A stretch of 63,582 bases of DNA, the filler included, from Bigelowiella natans CCMP2755 (Eukaryota > Protista > Cercozoa): the NCBI GenBank assembly GCA_000320545.1. It is 8 parts of 8 records of this genome, joined end to end, with 100 filler letters (N's around TTAATTAATTAA, not from the genome) between each part and the next. Parts side by side here need not be neighbours in the genome. Positions count along the whole stretch, not along the records: positions 36,930 to 54,022 come from ADNK01002722.1; 7 more parts are not named here. One strand, 5' to 3'. This document shows positions 38,995 through 51,622 of the stretch, one piece after another. Position 1 is the first letter of the stretch; every line of letters starts with the position of its first letter. Under the pieces are notes generated by a model, which was not told where the DNA came from, did not search any database, and saw only the letters and a program-made list of their open reading frames with translations. The translations under genes were made by a program, and so were the position numbers.

Positions 38995-40043
38995 TCATTC
39001 GGGACGAAGCCATGGGTGCCCAAGACGATTGGTACTTGGAATAACTGCATTATCTCGATTGACCTCTACGACTTTGCTCTGGTTTTCACCAATGCCATAG
39101 TCGTAAATGTAGCCCCACGGGTCGATCACCTTCCGATCGTGATTCAGCAGCAAAATGCTACCATAGCTGGGAGCGAGGAGACGTCTTACTTTACGGTATA
39201 ACTCCTGTCCACGTGCGTTCGCACACACGGTGACGCTGCCTAGCATTCTCTTCCTCGAATTGATCACGCGGATTGAGGTCGGAGCAGTAGAAATCACATG
39301 TAAGATAGTGCCGGGTGCAAAGCACTCGTTGGCAAGGAGACTGGAGTCGTCGCACGGCTCGTGAAGAATCGGGTGTTTCCACCGACCATACACAGTTGCA
39401 AGATGGCCACCTGCGTCCCTCTCCTCTCTGGGTTTCTCCGCCCTCTCCACTTGCTTTCTCACAGCCTCCCAGATGCGGTTTGTACGAATCCGGCTCTTGC
39501 AGGCGTCGAAGATCTCTGATTTCGTGAGCAGCTTCAGGTCCCCTAGATGAGGCACTTCGTGATTGAAAAAGTCTTCGCGCAGCCATTTCGCATCCTTTCC
39601 TCCTTCGATGTTCAGGCTTGCTAGGAAGTTATTGTAGCTGAAACCGCCACCGCCATCCTCCTCGATCTTCATCTGTGGATTGGAGTCTGATCATGCAAGT
39701 CGGAAGGTTCGTGGGAAACTCATGACACAGCTCTCGCATAAATATCTCCCAAGATTCTATCTATACATCGCTACCGCATTGAAACAATGGGCTCGTAGTT
39801 TCTCACCAAGGATAAGGGAGGGGACATCGAGGAAGTGTGTCTTGTAGCTCGCGTATGGGCTATAATCTGCATTTCTTGCACAGTCGCAGCGCGTTTCTCG
39901 CCGCCTTTCACTCCCAACACCTTTTCTGCAACATGGTTTTTAATAGTAGCAATGGTGTCTTCCTCGGCAAAGACAGCCTCGATCGGTTTCGCATCGGATC
40001 CCTTACATGTCCCCATGACGCGCAGAGTATATCTCCTGCACAC
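38995..40043 (-). CDS. Protein with putative ubiquitin-like, SAM-like and second ubiquitin-like segments
   Basis: EAVFAEEDTIATIKNHVAEKV (Ubl-like); NNFLASLNI..DFFNHEVPHLGDLKLLTKSEI..RIWEAV (SAM-like); ELYRKVRRLL..LLLNHDRKVIDPWGYIYDYGIGENQ (Ubl-like). Pattern recognition only. Confidence 0.5.
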
Positions 40044-40279
40044 ACGCGAATTGTAAACGAACGAGTCTTCGTCTTCTGCCCCATCCTAAAATTAAGACGA
40101 AAGTGAATGGCGCAAAAACCAGACAATCTTTAAAATTTGCCTTCTTCATGCTGCTATCACAATTCTTTCACCCCCAACGCCCCCCCCCTTCACTACCGTC
40201 GAATCTTCAGAACGTTCGGTTTTTCGCCTATGATCATCACACATATTATCACTTGTGTCTCAAAAGATCAATCATCGCC

Positions 40280-41139
40280 GCTGCTGTTACCTTTTATTCT
40301 TCGTTAGAGCTGCCTTATCTGGTGGGACCTTCCGGACTCTTGCCTACAAGAAGAACAGCAGCCGATTTGTGTCAACTAAGCTTCTCTTTTTTGAAGATGT
40401 TACGTTCCTACTTTCGTTTCATTGGGTACTCGCCCCCGTCCCTCGTTGGTGTAATATAACGCAACGTAACCTTCTTGAACAACAGATTCCATCTCCGAGT
40501 GGTCAATTTTTTTCAGCATTTCCACTGGCCGAGCTACACCCTGCGCTCTACTAACGCGCTCTACATCAACCACAACAAGGCAGTCCTTCTTGCACAGCTT
40601 TGCATACTTGATAACCAGCTCGTTTTCCCTGAAATTCAATCCAATGCAGAGCAGTAAATCGTAACCGTTGCAGCGCTGAGCGTTGCTTTCCATCACTTCT
40701 CTAACATCATCGTTTGATAGCTCGAGTTTCGGGTCGGATTTGCTGTGGCGCCAAGCCTTTATCAACCTCTGCCTATTTACTATTATCCTCTCTGCGAACA
40801 AAGCTTGATTCTTGACCTCACTGAGGAGATAGTTGTTTACCCTACTTCCGCCTAGAAATGGTCAAAACCCACTATTTCAAGCGTATTGTATTGAACAAGC
40901 TGCAGGAGAGACATGCTACCGTCGCAGAAGAGGCCGATCGACTTCCGAGCTAAGAGATGCTTAGCGCACAAGAAGTTGACAATTTCGCAAGCTGCAAGAA
41001 TCTGTGTTTGGGGTTCTTTTACCCTTCGAAGGGTGCGAGCCGGACGTTTTCTCATGAGGGTCAGGTGCGGTTCTTCGGGAGGGGAAGGGGGGTTCGGATT
41101 CTGCTCTCCGCCAGTCGAGAGAAACCATCCATTTTCCAT
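40280..41139 (-). CDS. Hypothetical protein, possibly a divergent class I methyltransferase fold
   Basis: ORFs 40852-41139 and 40400-40801; YDLLLCIG..KYAKLCKKDCLVVVD loosely resembles methyltransferase motifs IV-VI. Confidence 0.3.
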
Positions 41140-41541
41140 TAAAATTCAATATTTTCCTTGTCGTTCGTACCAAAACAGGGCCTATTCGCGAAGTGCTTAT
41201 CTCCGAGGAGCGCACTTATCCCACCTGCTACGAAAAGATGCTGTCGTAGAATCAAAATAGTCTCGATCTCTTGAGTCTGTAAAAACTCCAAAAGATTTGC
41301 TGCATTGCAACTACCGACGGCAGCACACTGTGATTTACCTAATAAATCAAGTAAATTGCTCCAAAGTGTCGATAAACGGCACCAAATGAGTGTTTGTGTT
41401 GTCGACGATCAGTTCCCTCCAGCTTATTAAAACTCTCAAATCCTGTAAAGAACAAATTAAAGAAATTTGAATTTAATCGTTGTCGCAGTATTAAAATCCC
41501 TACTATTCGTTTACGCTCGATTTCAGCTGGGTTGGGGAAGA

Positions 41542-42331
41542 ATGGTGGGGGCACACCGAGCTGCGGTGCGTCTATGTCCGGGCTTTCTTCCAGAGATAAG
41601 AGACCTCGATGAGGAGGAGACCGAGGCCTTAATTCAGGTTACTTCTCTCCCTGATATTAAGATGTTTTGTTCTGATGGAAGCTTGCTCAGGAAGTTAAAT
41701 CCGAGGCAGAATTCTCTCCTTCTCACTCTTTGCTCGGGGGAAGGATGACGGCAGGCGAAGAGATCAAACTCATACTATCAGGGGCTCTCATCTTCATTGC
41801 AGTCGCTGCCTTCACATATCCGATTGTAAGTTCTCACTAAATATTTCTTCCTCCCTTTCATGTAGTCACTCAGAAGCAATGTCGTACATCCAGGGGATAG
41901 GGTTAGTGCTACAAGAAGAGCTCGAAGGCTGCAAGGGAAAGTTCACTTTATACAATAAGTATTCGGGAAAAGCAAGGCATACATATGAAGGCATTGATTT
42001 GCCTACCATTTCTCTAGCAGAATCTATTATAGGGATTGTAGCGGGCCCCGCTTGGGGCTACTTGGTATTTTTCGCCCGCCATTTTCACGATGTATTACAC
42101 TTGAAGACAACAATGGGATGGTATGTTTTATGCTTCCTAGCCCAGTTCTATTTATTTATGGCCCTTTGTCAAAATTTGGGGAAGTGGAATGAAAATGTAG
42201 ATTGTGGAGGCAATGAGGACAGAATCAAAGATGCAGTCTCTGGGTTCATAATAAGTGGAACAGTATCTATATGCACATCTTTCATAGTTGTTCTAGGGAC
42301 TGTTACCGTTAAATACGTATTTCTTGTATAG
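41542..42331 (+). CDS. Small four-TM membrane protein
   Basis: Hydrophobic segments LILSGALIFIAVAAFTYPIGIGLVL, SIIGIVAGPAWGYLVFFA, WYVLCFLAQFYLFMAL, GFIISGTVSICTSFIVVLG; short GT-AG introns. Confidence 0.55.
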
Positions 42332-43178
42332 AGTTAGAATTTATTAATGATCATTAACAAACCACAAGATGGAATAATGAGGTTACTGTTTTGCAACGAT
42401 AGACAGCGTGCTGCATAGGAGATATGTTCATGTGTGCGACACGCAAAAGCGCAAGCGCCGCTGAATCTATGATCGGGCCCATCGCATGCGCGATAATTTA
42501 TTCTCTATGCTATCAATTCCGTTACTTTGGGATCATCATAGCAATATGTGAGAAGATTGTAATGAAATGTTACATCATAGTTTCAATCGTCACCCTAGTG
42601 TAGCAATATGTAAGACATGCTTAGTTATATTGTATGGCCTGTACGATTGTATAATTGATTGTATATCCCTCTCGTTTTGACTAGTGCCACTACTCGATAC
42701 GAACAGCTTTTGCATGCATTGTTAATTAGATTTTAGATTCTGCCGCAATGCGATGCCAATCAACATGCATGGACACTTCTTTCCATGCTAGCATGATTAT
42801 TTAATCATGGCTGCCATATACATGCACACGCACTACTCTATACCAGTAGACGGCAAGTACGCTCTCGACCGATCACGTATACGGCATAAAATGTTGGATG
42901 CATTGGCACTGCAAATACAGCTTACGATGAATATATGCGTAATAACATGACATACATGCACGTGCATGTGTGCAATATAAGACTCATACAATACACGTAG
43001 CCATATGTTAGATACAGGCCGCGCGAGGCTTACGTGACAGTGCTTGTACGGCATGCACACGTGCACATCGCATACGTGTGAAGCTGCGAACAGCATTGCA
43101 TCAAAGGTGCTATCGTTTATATAGACTCAGTGGTAGTAAGCATTGTTACATTTCGTATCTGTCGTGGTACATATTCCG

Positions 43179-45134
43179 CTACGGCGAACCTTGTTGTTGC
43201 ATCATTACGTTATGACGCAGGTAGCTCTCCACAAAGCCCATAAGATCCCCATCCATTACGTCCGACACACGGGCAGTCTCATAGCTCGTACGCGTGTCCT
43301 TCACCATCTTGTATGGTTGAAAGACGTAGTTTCGAACCTTTTTTTTTTCATCATGCACGCAAGCTGAAATGGTGGCTCAAAAATTCTTGAATAAAGTAGA
43401 ATACAAATCGAGGAAAAGCCTCACCCTGATTCCCACCTACCTACACTATACATGTATAAATCTTACGGTTTAATCAAAAGTAAGTCTGCGTGTACATGGT
43501 GTAGTAGACACAGTGCTCAGCACCTGAGTTCCCCAAGCCGCGTCCACAAGCTCGCCTTTGATCTCCTTCAATTCCGCTGCTCGCTGCTCTTCCTGAATCA
43601 CTAGTAGTTTGGCCTTACGACGCGTATCATTTCGAATCTCAGATGACTTCGCAAACAACAGGAGATGTCATGAAACGATTTCTTATAGTCGTACGCCTAA
43701 TAGATCTTTTGTGTGGGTGGGGGCTAGCATACAAACAGACCCAAACTACCTTTATCATTTCGAGCGCGATTTTTTTGTTCATTAGTTGAGTGCGTTCCTG
43801 GGTACACCGGACGGCAATGCCCGTCGGAACGTGCTTCATTCGCACGCCAGTTTCGACCTTGATTTACACCATCACCAAAATTTCACGCTGATGAGGATTC
43901 TTTGAATTTCACCGATGATATCTTGTGCGGTAGCGCACGGTAGCGAATACCATCGAACAACAGATACAAGCACTGGCGTTCGGCAGATTCTGAAAAGTTC
44001 TCTTTTCACTAACAAGAACAGTACCAAAAGTCTAAAAAGGTAACTTCGAGAGTGCGGACAGGGATAAAATCATTGGTGTTTCATTTTACAATTTCGAGTC
44101 TGTGTCGTATTTTACTTTACCTTGTTCACATTCTGCCCTCCAGCTCCTCCGCTTCTCATCGTAGTCACCTCAAGCTCATTCTCCGGAATGACAAGTTCTT
44201 CCAGCACATTCTCTTCCAACACAGGCATGACCTCGACCCGTGCAAAAGAGGTCTGCCGCTTATTTTGAGCGTTGAAGGGCGAAAGCCGCACAAGGCGATG
44301 AGTGCCCTTTTCCCCTTTCAGGAACCCATAGGCGAATTCGCCTTCGAGTCTGATTGTCGCTGACTTCACGCCAGCTTCCTCCCCTGGCGATTCTTCGAGA
44401 CTTCGGACCGAGTAGCCGCGCCCCTGGCCGAAGCGCGTGTACATTCTCACCAGCATCTGAGCCCAATCCATCGCCTCAGTGCCACCAGCTCCAGCCACCA
44501 CGGTGAGAACAGCCCCCCCCCGATCATGCTCGCCCTCCAGGAGCACCTGCAGCTCAAACTCGCCCATCTCCGTCCCAAGATGATCTAGACTCTCTCTTGC
44601 CTCGCTCAACAGCTCTCTAACCTCTTCGCCGTCCTCGGGTTCTTCGGCAACCAATTCCAGCGCGGCCTTGGCGTCGCCGAGGACCGTATCCCAGCTTTCC
44701 GCGCGCGACATCGAGTTGCGAAGAGCGCTGAGCTGGGACATCTGCGCCTGGGCCTGCTCCGCGTTGTCCCAGAAGTTCTCAGAGGAGGATTCGGCCTCCA
44801 GCCTGTCGCACTCGGCACGGAGGAAGGGGATGTTCAGCTGCTTCTGATTCTGTTCTACGCGCACCTCTAGCGACCCGATCAGGCGTCGAAGCTCGCTGAT
44901 TGCAACCGAAGATGGCTGCTGCTGCTGCTGCATTGGTTCTTGTTGATGCTGGCATCGAGGCTTCTCAAGGTAGCGAACGTGACGTCGCCCAACTCGGGCC
45001 GTTCGCACGAAGTGACTCCTTACGTTCAGGCGCGGTGTAGGTTGAAGGCGCGAAACAGGCGAGGCTCCCACAACGCATGTAAATACTAGGATCCATACGA
45101 ACAAGACCTTTGTTATCTCGATGAGTCCGCGCAT
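43179..45134 (-). CDS. prfB: Nucleus-encoded organellar (probably plastid) peptide chain release factor 2, 4 exons
   Basis: GAGGTEAMDWA, GEKGTHRLVRLSPF (SPF motif), RSGGAGGQNVNK/VETGVR, WGTQ/VRNYVFQPYKMVKDTRT; leader is a hydrophobic signal followed by an Arg/Ser-rich transit-like segment. Confidence 0.95.
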
Positions 45135-45477
45135 CCGCAACCCCCCCCCTCGAAGAGGCCGAGGAGAAAGGCTCCCTGAATGACGTGGTACCCACCGGCT
45201 GTGGTTGTTTTTGATCGAGAAAACATCGTAACTGGTAATTACTTGTCGCTCCTCAAAAACACCGATTGTTACACCTTGTCGCTCATCAAAAACGCCACTA
45301 GGCACCGACAACGGCCGAAAAGTGACCTCTCGTTTCACGAAAATGATTCTTCGAATTGCCCGAAAATCGCTTCTTGGGTCACCATCCATTTTGGAAATGT
45401 TTTAGCCCGTCACACTTCCTACTTGTTTGTTCTCTCATGTCTGTTCCCTGCACAAAGCACATGCAAGAAAGAGCGTC

Positions 45478-46260
45478 ATGAACAATTGCGTCAGGGTTTT
45501 CAAGGAGGACAAAGTGCAGTGGGCAGGGAAGTTCAAGCCTGAGAACGTGTTCGAGTTCAACCAGACGCTGTGCATGGGCGACTTCGCAGTCGGTGTCAAT
45601 GAGAACGGTTTCATCTGCATTCCTGATGAGCGTGCCAGCGTGTCAACAAGCAGCATCGATGTTCTCCTCTTCTTCTTGCAACATGGTCCTTCACTTGACC
45701 ATCAGTTGTCATGATTTTTCGGGAGGAGACATCGATTGGGTGAAGCATGGAGAGGCAAATGGCATCGTGACATTGAAGCCTCATGCGTGGGGGGCAATGT
45801 GGACAAGGATGGGCACTTGCCAGCTTGCACTGGCAGTGCCAGCTGTGGCAGCAGCAGTTGCAGTGCCAAAACGAAGTGTGTTGCACGCCTTTCACTGCCA
45901 TTGAAAGTCAATGAGCGCACATGCCGCACCAAAGTTCTCTTCACTGTGGCACACACATTGCGTTCAAAGAGAACCCAAAAACAACCACATTGAGCACTTC
46001 CACTCAAGTGATTCACCTTCTCCTCCTCCTCCTCCTCCTCCTCCTCCTTCTCCTCCTCTTTGTCAATCTTTCTGATGCAGGTTTCCTCAAGCCCGTGAGG
46101 CACAACGGGGCCTCCTTGATGTGCATGGACAGTTGTCCGACGACCACGCCAGCACGCCAGCACGGCGCTCCAATCTACACCTCACATGCGATTCGCAGGC
46201 AAAATTCTCAGAGAAGTCAGAATGGTGATGATGATGCGTCGTTTTTGGTTGTTTCTGTCA
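45478..46260 (+). pseudogene. TpA-depleted, intron-containing gene relic of unknown family
   Basis: Exon-like frames MNNCVRVFKEDKVQWAGKFKPENVFEFNQTLCMGDF.., GGDIDWVKHGE.., GSASCGSSSCSAKTKCV..; intron with (CCT)n tract and TGCAG acceptor at 46080; one TpA in 45422-46360. Confidence 0.5.
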
Positions 46261-46934
46261 TGGCGTGCGCGTCTTGGGAAGACACATTGAACAATTGTCG
46301 ATCATCAAATTGGATGTTGTCATGAATCGTTTCGGTGGTTCGTTTTGTTGACGATGCGCGCATGCTAGCTAGCACAATGAGTGGCGGCGCTCTGCTGGCT
46401 AGCTGGATGGCGCAGCGAACATGCCTACTCCTGTGCGCACTGCCACATGCAACAAGATCATGAGAGATGACAGAGAGAAAGATTGTGCGGCAAGTTTGCA
46501 TGTCCATGCATGCGCTAGATGCGCGGCAGTGCGCTCACTGCTAACTGCTAGCTCACTGATGGCAAGCTAGCAAGTGCAGTCGCTCCATCATCACTCATGC
46601 CAGCATGTCTGCTCGAAGTGTCCTTTTTGCTCTTGATGAGACTTGCAAAATCATTGCATGTTGTGGGAATTGCACAACTGTCACGAACGTCAACTACTGA
46701 CTGATCATAGTTAGATTTCCCACAGCTATGACAGTTTGGCACATCCGAAAATTGGCGTGAATGCGGCAAACTCTAGAAACTGCCTGTTCGGAAAGTGCAA
46801 TGACAATGGATGCAGCTCACATGATGCACATTCCAGAGATCTAGAGATGTGCATGCTAGCATGTGGCCCAAACAACATCATCATGTGCTCAGTGACAACA
46901 ATGATTCAACATTGTTCCAATCACAAAATCAATC

Positions 46935-49900
46935 TCATGTGTCAGGGCAACAACCTTCATATGCTGCGTTCATGTGCTCATAATCGTCCTCGTTGTCAGG
47001 GCAACAACCTTCATATGCTTCGTTCATGTACTCATAATCGTCCTCCTTGCTCCAACCAGCGAATTTTTGAATCAGTGCCGACGCAGAGGGACGCACCTGA
47101 TGTGAAGGATGAATGCAAAAACGACAGCGCGAAGAAAGGAACAATATGTAATGGAGTGTCGGGAGATCACAAGCGCATGGATGAAAACGCAAATGGATGG
47201 CAAAGTACCTACACACAGGATGGCAAAGTACCTACACACAATTTTGCACGATACATTTTCTAAAAACAAATCCCCTCACCGTTGCATCAACAATGATTTT
47301 TCCATGCTTGTCTCCCGGCTCCTAAAGAACACCAGTTCGACTCAAAACAAACGACACACTGTCCAGATGCACCAGATTCCTGCTCATTGAGGTGTGGGAA
47401 AACGTGCTGACGTGGAGTGACGTTGTAACCTTTGCGTCGCCGGAAACGCCCTCCTTATAAACCTTTTGCAACTTCCTAAGGAGGCTATTGGCATACAGCT
47501 CTGGCATTCCTAACTTAACGAGATGCTCGACTTCACAGTCTTCCAGCACCGAGTACTCAAGATCATGCTCAAGAACAACCTGAAGAACAAGTCGGTTTAT
47601 AGGTCGAACGAAGACATGCACAAAGAGGCAAGTAAACGATATTTCAATGCTAGATTTTAATCTTGGGTTCATCTCCCGGCATATCGTTACACACTACACA
47701 TGATGATACTGTGAGAACAATAGTACCTCGATGCATTTTGCCCAATTTTTGTTTCCACTGGTACTAATCGTCTTGATGAAGTTGACAACATCGTGCTTGG
47801 TCCAGGAAATCATTGGCTTTCCACTAGTGCGTTTCTTCTGCGTGGGATTCTAAGGTGGATGTGCATCACACTTGTTAGCACGAAAAACCTTCTTGCGCAC
47901 GATGTGCATATACTCAAAAATATACGCGCTCTCTCTTTCTCTCTCTCACGCACACATACAATCAAAAGTAATTGTAGATGCTTATATTTGCGGAGATTGC
48001 AAGTTTTAAAAAAAAAAAAGAGATGAGATACACAATTGACAGGGGGAAAGAATGTACACAATAAAAAACGAAAGCTGAGCTGCAACACCTTGAGTTCAAA
48101 TTGAAAACACAGAGACAACAACTGCTTCGATCGAGGAGGGCCGTCAGGGATCTAATGCCCAGAAAACAAATTCCATGAGGAATTATCAGAGAACGGTATT
48201 AGAGGTAAAGCACCCGTCATCATCATCATCATCACTACCACCACCACCACCATCGATTGAAAACCTTAAGGGGCATCCATCCCTTTTGAAGCTCATTTCT
48301 GAACAGTTGAAGGCTTGACAGCTCCTTGCTTGGAGATTTCCCTTTGGTCAATATCTCCCAAACGGTGACGCCAAACATCCAGATGTCAGACTTTTGACTG
48401 AATTCTCGCTGTAGTAAACTCTCTGGCGCACACCACGCCCATGGCAGCATCGTCTCCGTCGTCATCGTGTAGATGTTATTTTTCCCCTGTGAGGAAGAGG
48501 AGATCACAAAGCAGTGGAAGTTTATGCTAACGTGGGATTAACATCATCAACGAATGGGAACTGTAAAAGTCGTATTTCGCTGCTATGGAAGCAAAAAGTT
48601 GTAGTATGTAGAAGCAGTAGTGGCAGTACCGACTGCAGCATAAAGGTAAGTTCTCGATCTTTCTTTCTACGATCAAAAGTTCTTTTGCATCGTGTCCAAT
48701 TCCACGAGTAAAAAAATACTATGCTACGAATAAATTACCTTGGTTTTCTTAGACAAACCATAGTCGCCAAGAACCACGACGCCATTCGCTTTCATGAAAA
48801 GGTTGCGGCAAGCGATGTCTCGATGGACAAGACCGCCTATATTGTGGCAATCAGTAAGTTTTATTGGCGAGGGCAAATCTTAGCATTCGCATTCTTAGTG
48901 GATCTCTATGCCATTGTGTGTTACCCTGCTTTTGTGACCTCCGCTGCGAACAGCCTCATTGTTTTAATATCAATACTACTAACACTTATATTGATGCTCT
49001 ACTACTACTACTACTACTACTACTAATACTAATACTCGTATTGATGCTTCTACTTTTCATGCTACGAAAATAATGAAGTTTGCTACTCTGATGAAAGGCT
49101 GCAAGTCCGCTGAGAACGCCGCCCACAATCTGCCAGAACCTATCTTTTGAGATAAGGTCTTCTTTCTTGTGCAACGCATCCAGGCTACCTGGAACACAGA
49201 TTGGTGTTACATGATCGTACAATCAAAGAGTTCATCTACCGCCCCCTTTGACGAATATCGTTGGTGATCAAGCTCGTGGAAATAACAATAATATTAAAAA
49301 TACAAATTCGCAAAAATAAACCCTAAAAATTAGAGCATCTTTCACTTGGTAAATGAATTTGTCAAGCGATTGCTATGTTATCTGTAAAGTGGTGTTAATA
49401 AAAGATGCTGCGATTGCCTTTCGCGCAAAACTCGTTAAGGAAATGAAGGCGCTCCTCTATGGTCACGACGCCATAGAATAAAAGAAGATTCGGATGGGAC
49501 TTCAATTTGGAGAGAATCAAGAGCTGTGATAAAAAAGAAACAGATAATGTATGACTTCGGTTCTGAGTAGCAAACGACAACAGATGACAAACAAATTCCT
49601 TTCCAAAAGCGAATCTCTAAAAGTTGTGTATAGATGAAACACGGCATGTAAAATAAAAAAAGAAAAACAAAGAACAAATGTAATTGCCCTACTAAGGACG
49701 AAGGGGTCGCGAAGAACTTGCGAGCGTTTTTTACCTCTGAAAGGAGAGCTTGGCTGAGATCGGTCTGACTTCCAATGCGCTTCATCGCGGCAACCTGCAT
49801 GTCAACATCAGCATGCCGCTCTTGTCATTTGTGGAAGATGTGATTTTCACTTACCGTTTCCTTCTTGTCGATAGTGATCTCGACTTGAAACACCTTTCCA

Positions 49901-50727
49901 AATTGCCCCTCCCCAAGATAACCGGTTTGTTTGATCTGGTTCGGGTTGCACGAGGGCATAATCGAGACCAGAGAATGAGTGGAATATTTGGGTGCTTCAT
50001 AACCAAAAGGAACGCGAGAAAATGTGCAAGAGTGGTGATGCTTGACAAGATCTTCCAATGTTGTGTGGGATTCGTAAAACCTCATCAGGAGTGAATATTT
50101 GGACTTTGCCGAATCTCAATGCTTCTTTGCGTCTCCCCCCCACCTCCTCGGCTTCTTGCCTGGCCTTCTCAACCTCATCACGAATTTTCTGAATCTCTTC
50201 ATCATTGCGGAGAAAATCAACGATGTCGTTATGACCTTGCTTCTTAGCCCTGCACAATGCAGTTTGACCTAGTGCAAAAAGTAAACAACGTTTGCTTGGC
50301 ACAATAACAGCATCAACCATCATAATCTAGCCACCAAATCAACCCACCATCACAAATTCTACCACAAACCACTCAACCAACCTACCAACCATCCGAAATC
50401 CTCTTGTGTGCTATTTCTGACAGATCTACATCTACTACAACTACTACTACTTCTATAACTCAGTACTCAATACAAATAATGCTATAACTAATACTAATAT
50501 TAATACTACTGCTGTTGGAAATTAATCCAACACTAATATCATCCACCCAACATTCCAACTACTGCCTATGTGCTAGCAATGCTGCTGCTGCTACCCACCT
50601 TCATTGTTTTTCACCTCTATGTTTGCCTTCACACCAACCAGGTACTTCACGGTCTCCAAATGACCATTGTAAGAACCCAAAATCAACGGCGTATTACCTG
50701 GTAGTAAGCGATCCCATATTCGATGCA

Positions 50728-50762
<35 letters not shown>

Positions 50763-50888
50763 CATGTATGCAATATCAACAACTACCCTCAAAGCATCAT
50801 CTAATGATTAACCTCTGCCAGTCGTTCATCATGACCCATGGCAAATCGCAACCCACATCCATACCAACCTTTCTCTGTGCGCTCTTCC

Positions 50889-50919
<31 letters not shown>

Positions 50920-51270
50920 TTCTACTACTTGTACTGATGATGATGCTCAAGCGGCCAGTCGTATTACACACTACCCAATGGCTACAACATCTCTTACTAC
51001 TCTCATCCACTACCCAATCCTATCATCATCATCATCATCGTCATTACTGCTGCTATTGAAAATTAATCCAACACTACTGTCATCCAACAATAATACTCCA
51101 ACTACTGCCTATGTGCTAGCAATGCTGCTCCTGCTACCCACCTTTTTTGGACTTTGCCTCGATGTTTGCCTTTACACCAACCAGGTACTTGACGATCTCC
51201 AAATGACCCTTGTAAGAACCAATTGTTAACGGCGTACCACCTGGTAGTAAGCGATCCCATATTCGATGCA

Positions 51271-51305
<35 letters not shown>

Positions 51306-51587
51306 CATGTATGCAATATCAACAACTACCCTCAAACCATCATCTAATGATTGCCCTCTGCCAGTCGTTCAGGACCCATGGCAAATCGCAACCCACATCC
51401 ATACCAACCTTTCTCTGTGCGCTCTTCCCTACTACTACTACTTCTACTGATGACCCACCTTCATTGTTTTTCGCCTCGATATTTGCCTTCACACCAACCA
51501 GGTACTTGACGATCTCCAAATGACCCTCGGCAGAACCCAAAATCAACGGCGTACCACCTAGTAGTAAGCGATCCCATATTCGATGCA

Positions 51588-51622
<35 letters not shown>

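Noticed and set aside
45135-45389. N-terminal extension of the 425-aa RF2 ORF, or a bacterial-type prfB +1 frameshift
   Set aside because: The signal peptide begins at the Met at 45134, so the upstream part is probably UTR/promoter; the RF2 frame is continuous with no CTT-TGA site.
49935-50085. Apparent SH2-like segment (HTTLEDLVKHH) before the kinase domain
   Set aside because: Out of frame with the upstream exon; a GT..CAG intron joins VQIFTPDE to IKQTGYLGEGQFG, so it is probably intronic.
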